Source of the DNA: Squalus acanthias
Taxonomy: Eukaryota
Direction of reading: 5' to 3'
Assembly (NCBI GenBank): GCA_030390025.1
Contig: CM059432.1
Span: 19,904,001 to 19,968,000 of the forward strand
DNA: 64,000 bases
Position numbers and translations under genes: made by a program. The first letter of the stretch is position 1, and each line of letters starts with the position of its first letter. Shown in pieces: positions 62,503 to 64,000 of the stretch. Under the pieces are notes generated by a model. It did no database searches and was not told where the DNA came from. It was given only the letters and a program-made list of their open reading frames with translations.

Positions 62503-63208
62503 GGGCTGGATTTTGTCTTGGGGTCGGGTTGGGGTCGTGTAATCCGCATTTCGTGTTTCCCCCCCCGACTCCAGATTAATGTGGATGAATGATGCAATTT
62601 TCACTTAATTGGGCAATTGAGTTCCAGCATGTGGGAACCCATGAACCAATTAGTGGTTTCAGTCTGTGAGTGGACCTGGATGCAAAATATGGGGGGGGAG
62701 GGAGAAGGAGAGAGAGAGAGAGAGAGAGACAGAGACAGAGAGAGAGAGAGAGAATTTTTTTGCATCCAAGTCCTCTCACAGCAAAGGCCAGGCAGTCTCT
62801 GAACACATTCAATGCAGCAGCGGCGACTTTCAGACCTAATACTACTACTACCTTCATCACATCTCCGTTGTAATAGTGGACCTGCAGCTGATAGTCAGCT
62901 GTCCACTTGTGCTCCCGCCAGGTTTCACTGGAGTGTTTCACACCAGGCGTACTTCACGTCAGAAAAGGGTTAAACTAGCTAAAACGTTTCAAAATGGCAT
63001 TACAGAGCCAATTTAGAGCTTGTTAAGGGCTTTAATGGCCTCTCCCGCCTCTTGGAGGCGGGACGGAGTCTGGAACCCCGCGACTGATTTTGTCAAAATT
63101 GCGTGGAGGCGGGATGGAGTCGGGATGGGGTCGGAAACCCCGACCCCGCAAATTTAACCCCCCACACGCCTCCAAACCCGACTCCATGGGTCATTCAAAA
63201 TCCAGCCC
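62503..63208. mobile_element. Harbinger-type MITE (706 bp), relative of 5397-6168
   Basis: Perfect TIRs GGGCTGGATTTT / AAAATCCAGCCC; TSD ACT/ACT. Confidence 0.9.
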
Positions 63209-63261
63209 ACTGTCTCCAAGTTCCCCTCCAAGTCACACACCATCCTGACTTGGAACTATAT

Positions 63262-63750
63262 TGCAGGTTCACCAGACTGATTCCTGGGATGGTAGGACTG
63301 TCGTATGAGGAGAGATTGGGTCGACTAGGCCTGTATTCACTAGAGTTTAGAAGAATGAGAGGGGATCTTGAAACGTATAAAATTCTGACAGGGCTAGACA
63401 GACTGATGCAGGGAGGATGTTTCCCCTGGCTGGGGGGTCTAGAACCAGGGGTCACAGGCTCAGGATACGGGGTAGGACATTTAGGACTGAGATGAGGAGA
63501 AATTTCTTCACTCAGAGGGTGGTGAACCTGTGGAATTCTCTACCACGGAAAGCTGTGGAGGCCAAGTCACTGAATATATTTAAGAAGGAGATAGAAAGAT
63601 TTCTAGACACAAAAGGCATCAAGGGGTATGGGGAGAGAGCGGGAATACGGTATTGAGATAGAGGATCAGCCATGATCATATTGAATGGTGGAGCAGGCTC
63701 GAAGGGACGAATGGCCTACTCCTGCTCCTATTTTTCTATGTTTCTAAGTT
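63262..63750 (+). mobile_element. CR1 3' fragment
   Basis: RFTRLIPGM...LYSLEFRRMRGDL and WNSLP; TTTCTATG tail. Confidence 0.9.
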
Positions 63751-64000
63751 TCCTTCATCATTGCCGGGTCAAAATCCTAGAACTCCCTCCCTAACAGCGC
63801 TGTGGGACTGCAGCGGTTCAAGGCGGCGGCTCACCACCACCTTCTCAAGGGCAATTAGGGATGGGGAATAGATGCTGGCCAACGCCCACATCCCATTAAT
63901 GAATTTTAAAAAAAGGACGTCCACCTTCAGAATTGTGGCTGTGGCAACATAAAGTACAACTGGCAACAAGCCACAAATGGAAAATAGGGAGTTGAAAATT

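Larger units (their letters stand above)
62350..63900 (+). mobile_element. Non-LTR retrotransposon 3' end interrupted by a MITE and a CR1
   Basis: Pieces 62350-62502, 63209-63262 and 63751-63900 are colinear with 20308-20620. Confidence 0.78.

Noticed and set aside
43437..64000. Upstream syntaxin (Habc/linker) exons
   Set aside because: Candidate donors near 55652 and 58952 give no syntaxin-like translation.

Overview
Repeat-dense vertebrate genomic DNA, most likely a cartilaginous fish (inferred from the mix of CR1 LINEs, DeuSINEs, Penelope and Harbinger families). The only host coding sequence I can support is two minus-strand exons (43364-43436, 40369-40451) encoding a syntaxin-type Qa-SNARE motif that best fits TSNARE1. 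The flanking exons were not found, so the rest of the window is probably intronic. The window holds many CR1 copies (one with an uninterrupted 955-codon APE+RT ORF2), L2 and other LINE ends, tRNA/Deu SINEs, many PIF/Harbinger MITEs plus Myb/SANT and HARBI1-like remnants, a hAT MITE, a candidate solo LTR, and at least nine Penelope-like insertions. Highlights are (i) minimal hammerhead ribozyme motifs in two Penelope families, including an intact one in an 88-bp TSD-flanked mini-element; (ii) fold-back Penelope insertions, one hinged on the ribozyme stem II loop; (iii) a ~90-bp inverted templated insertion that preserves the pre-insertion empty site of a nearby MITE; and (iv) Harbinger Myb-gene relics around a gene whose own Myb domain is thought to be Harbinger-derived. 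Family names come from motif recognition, not database searches, and boundaries without a stated TSD are approximate.
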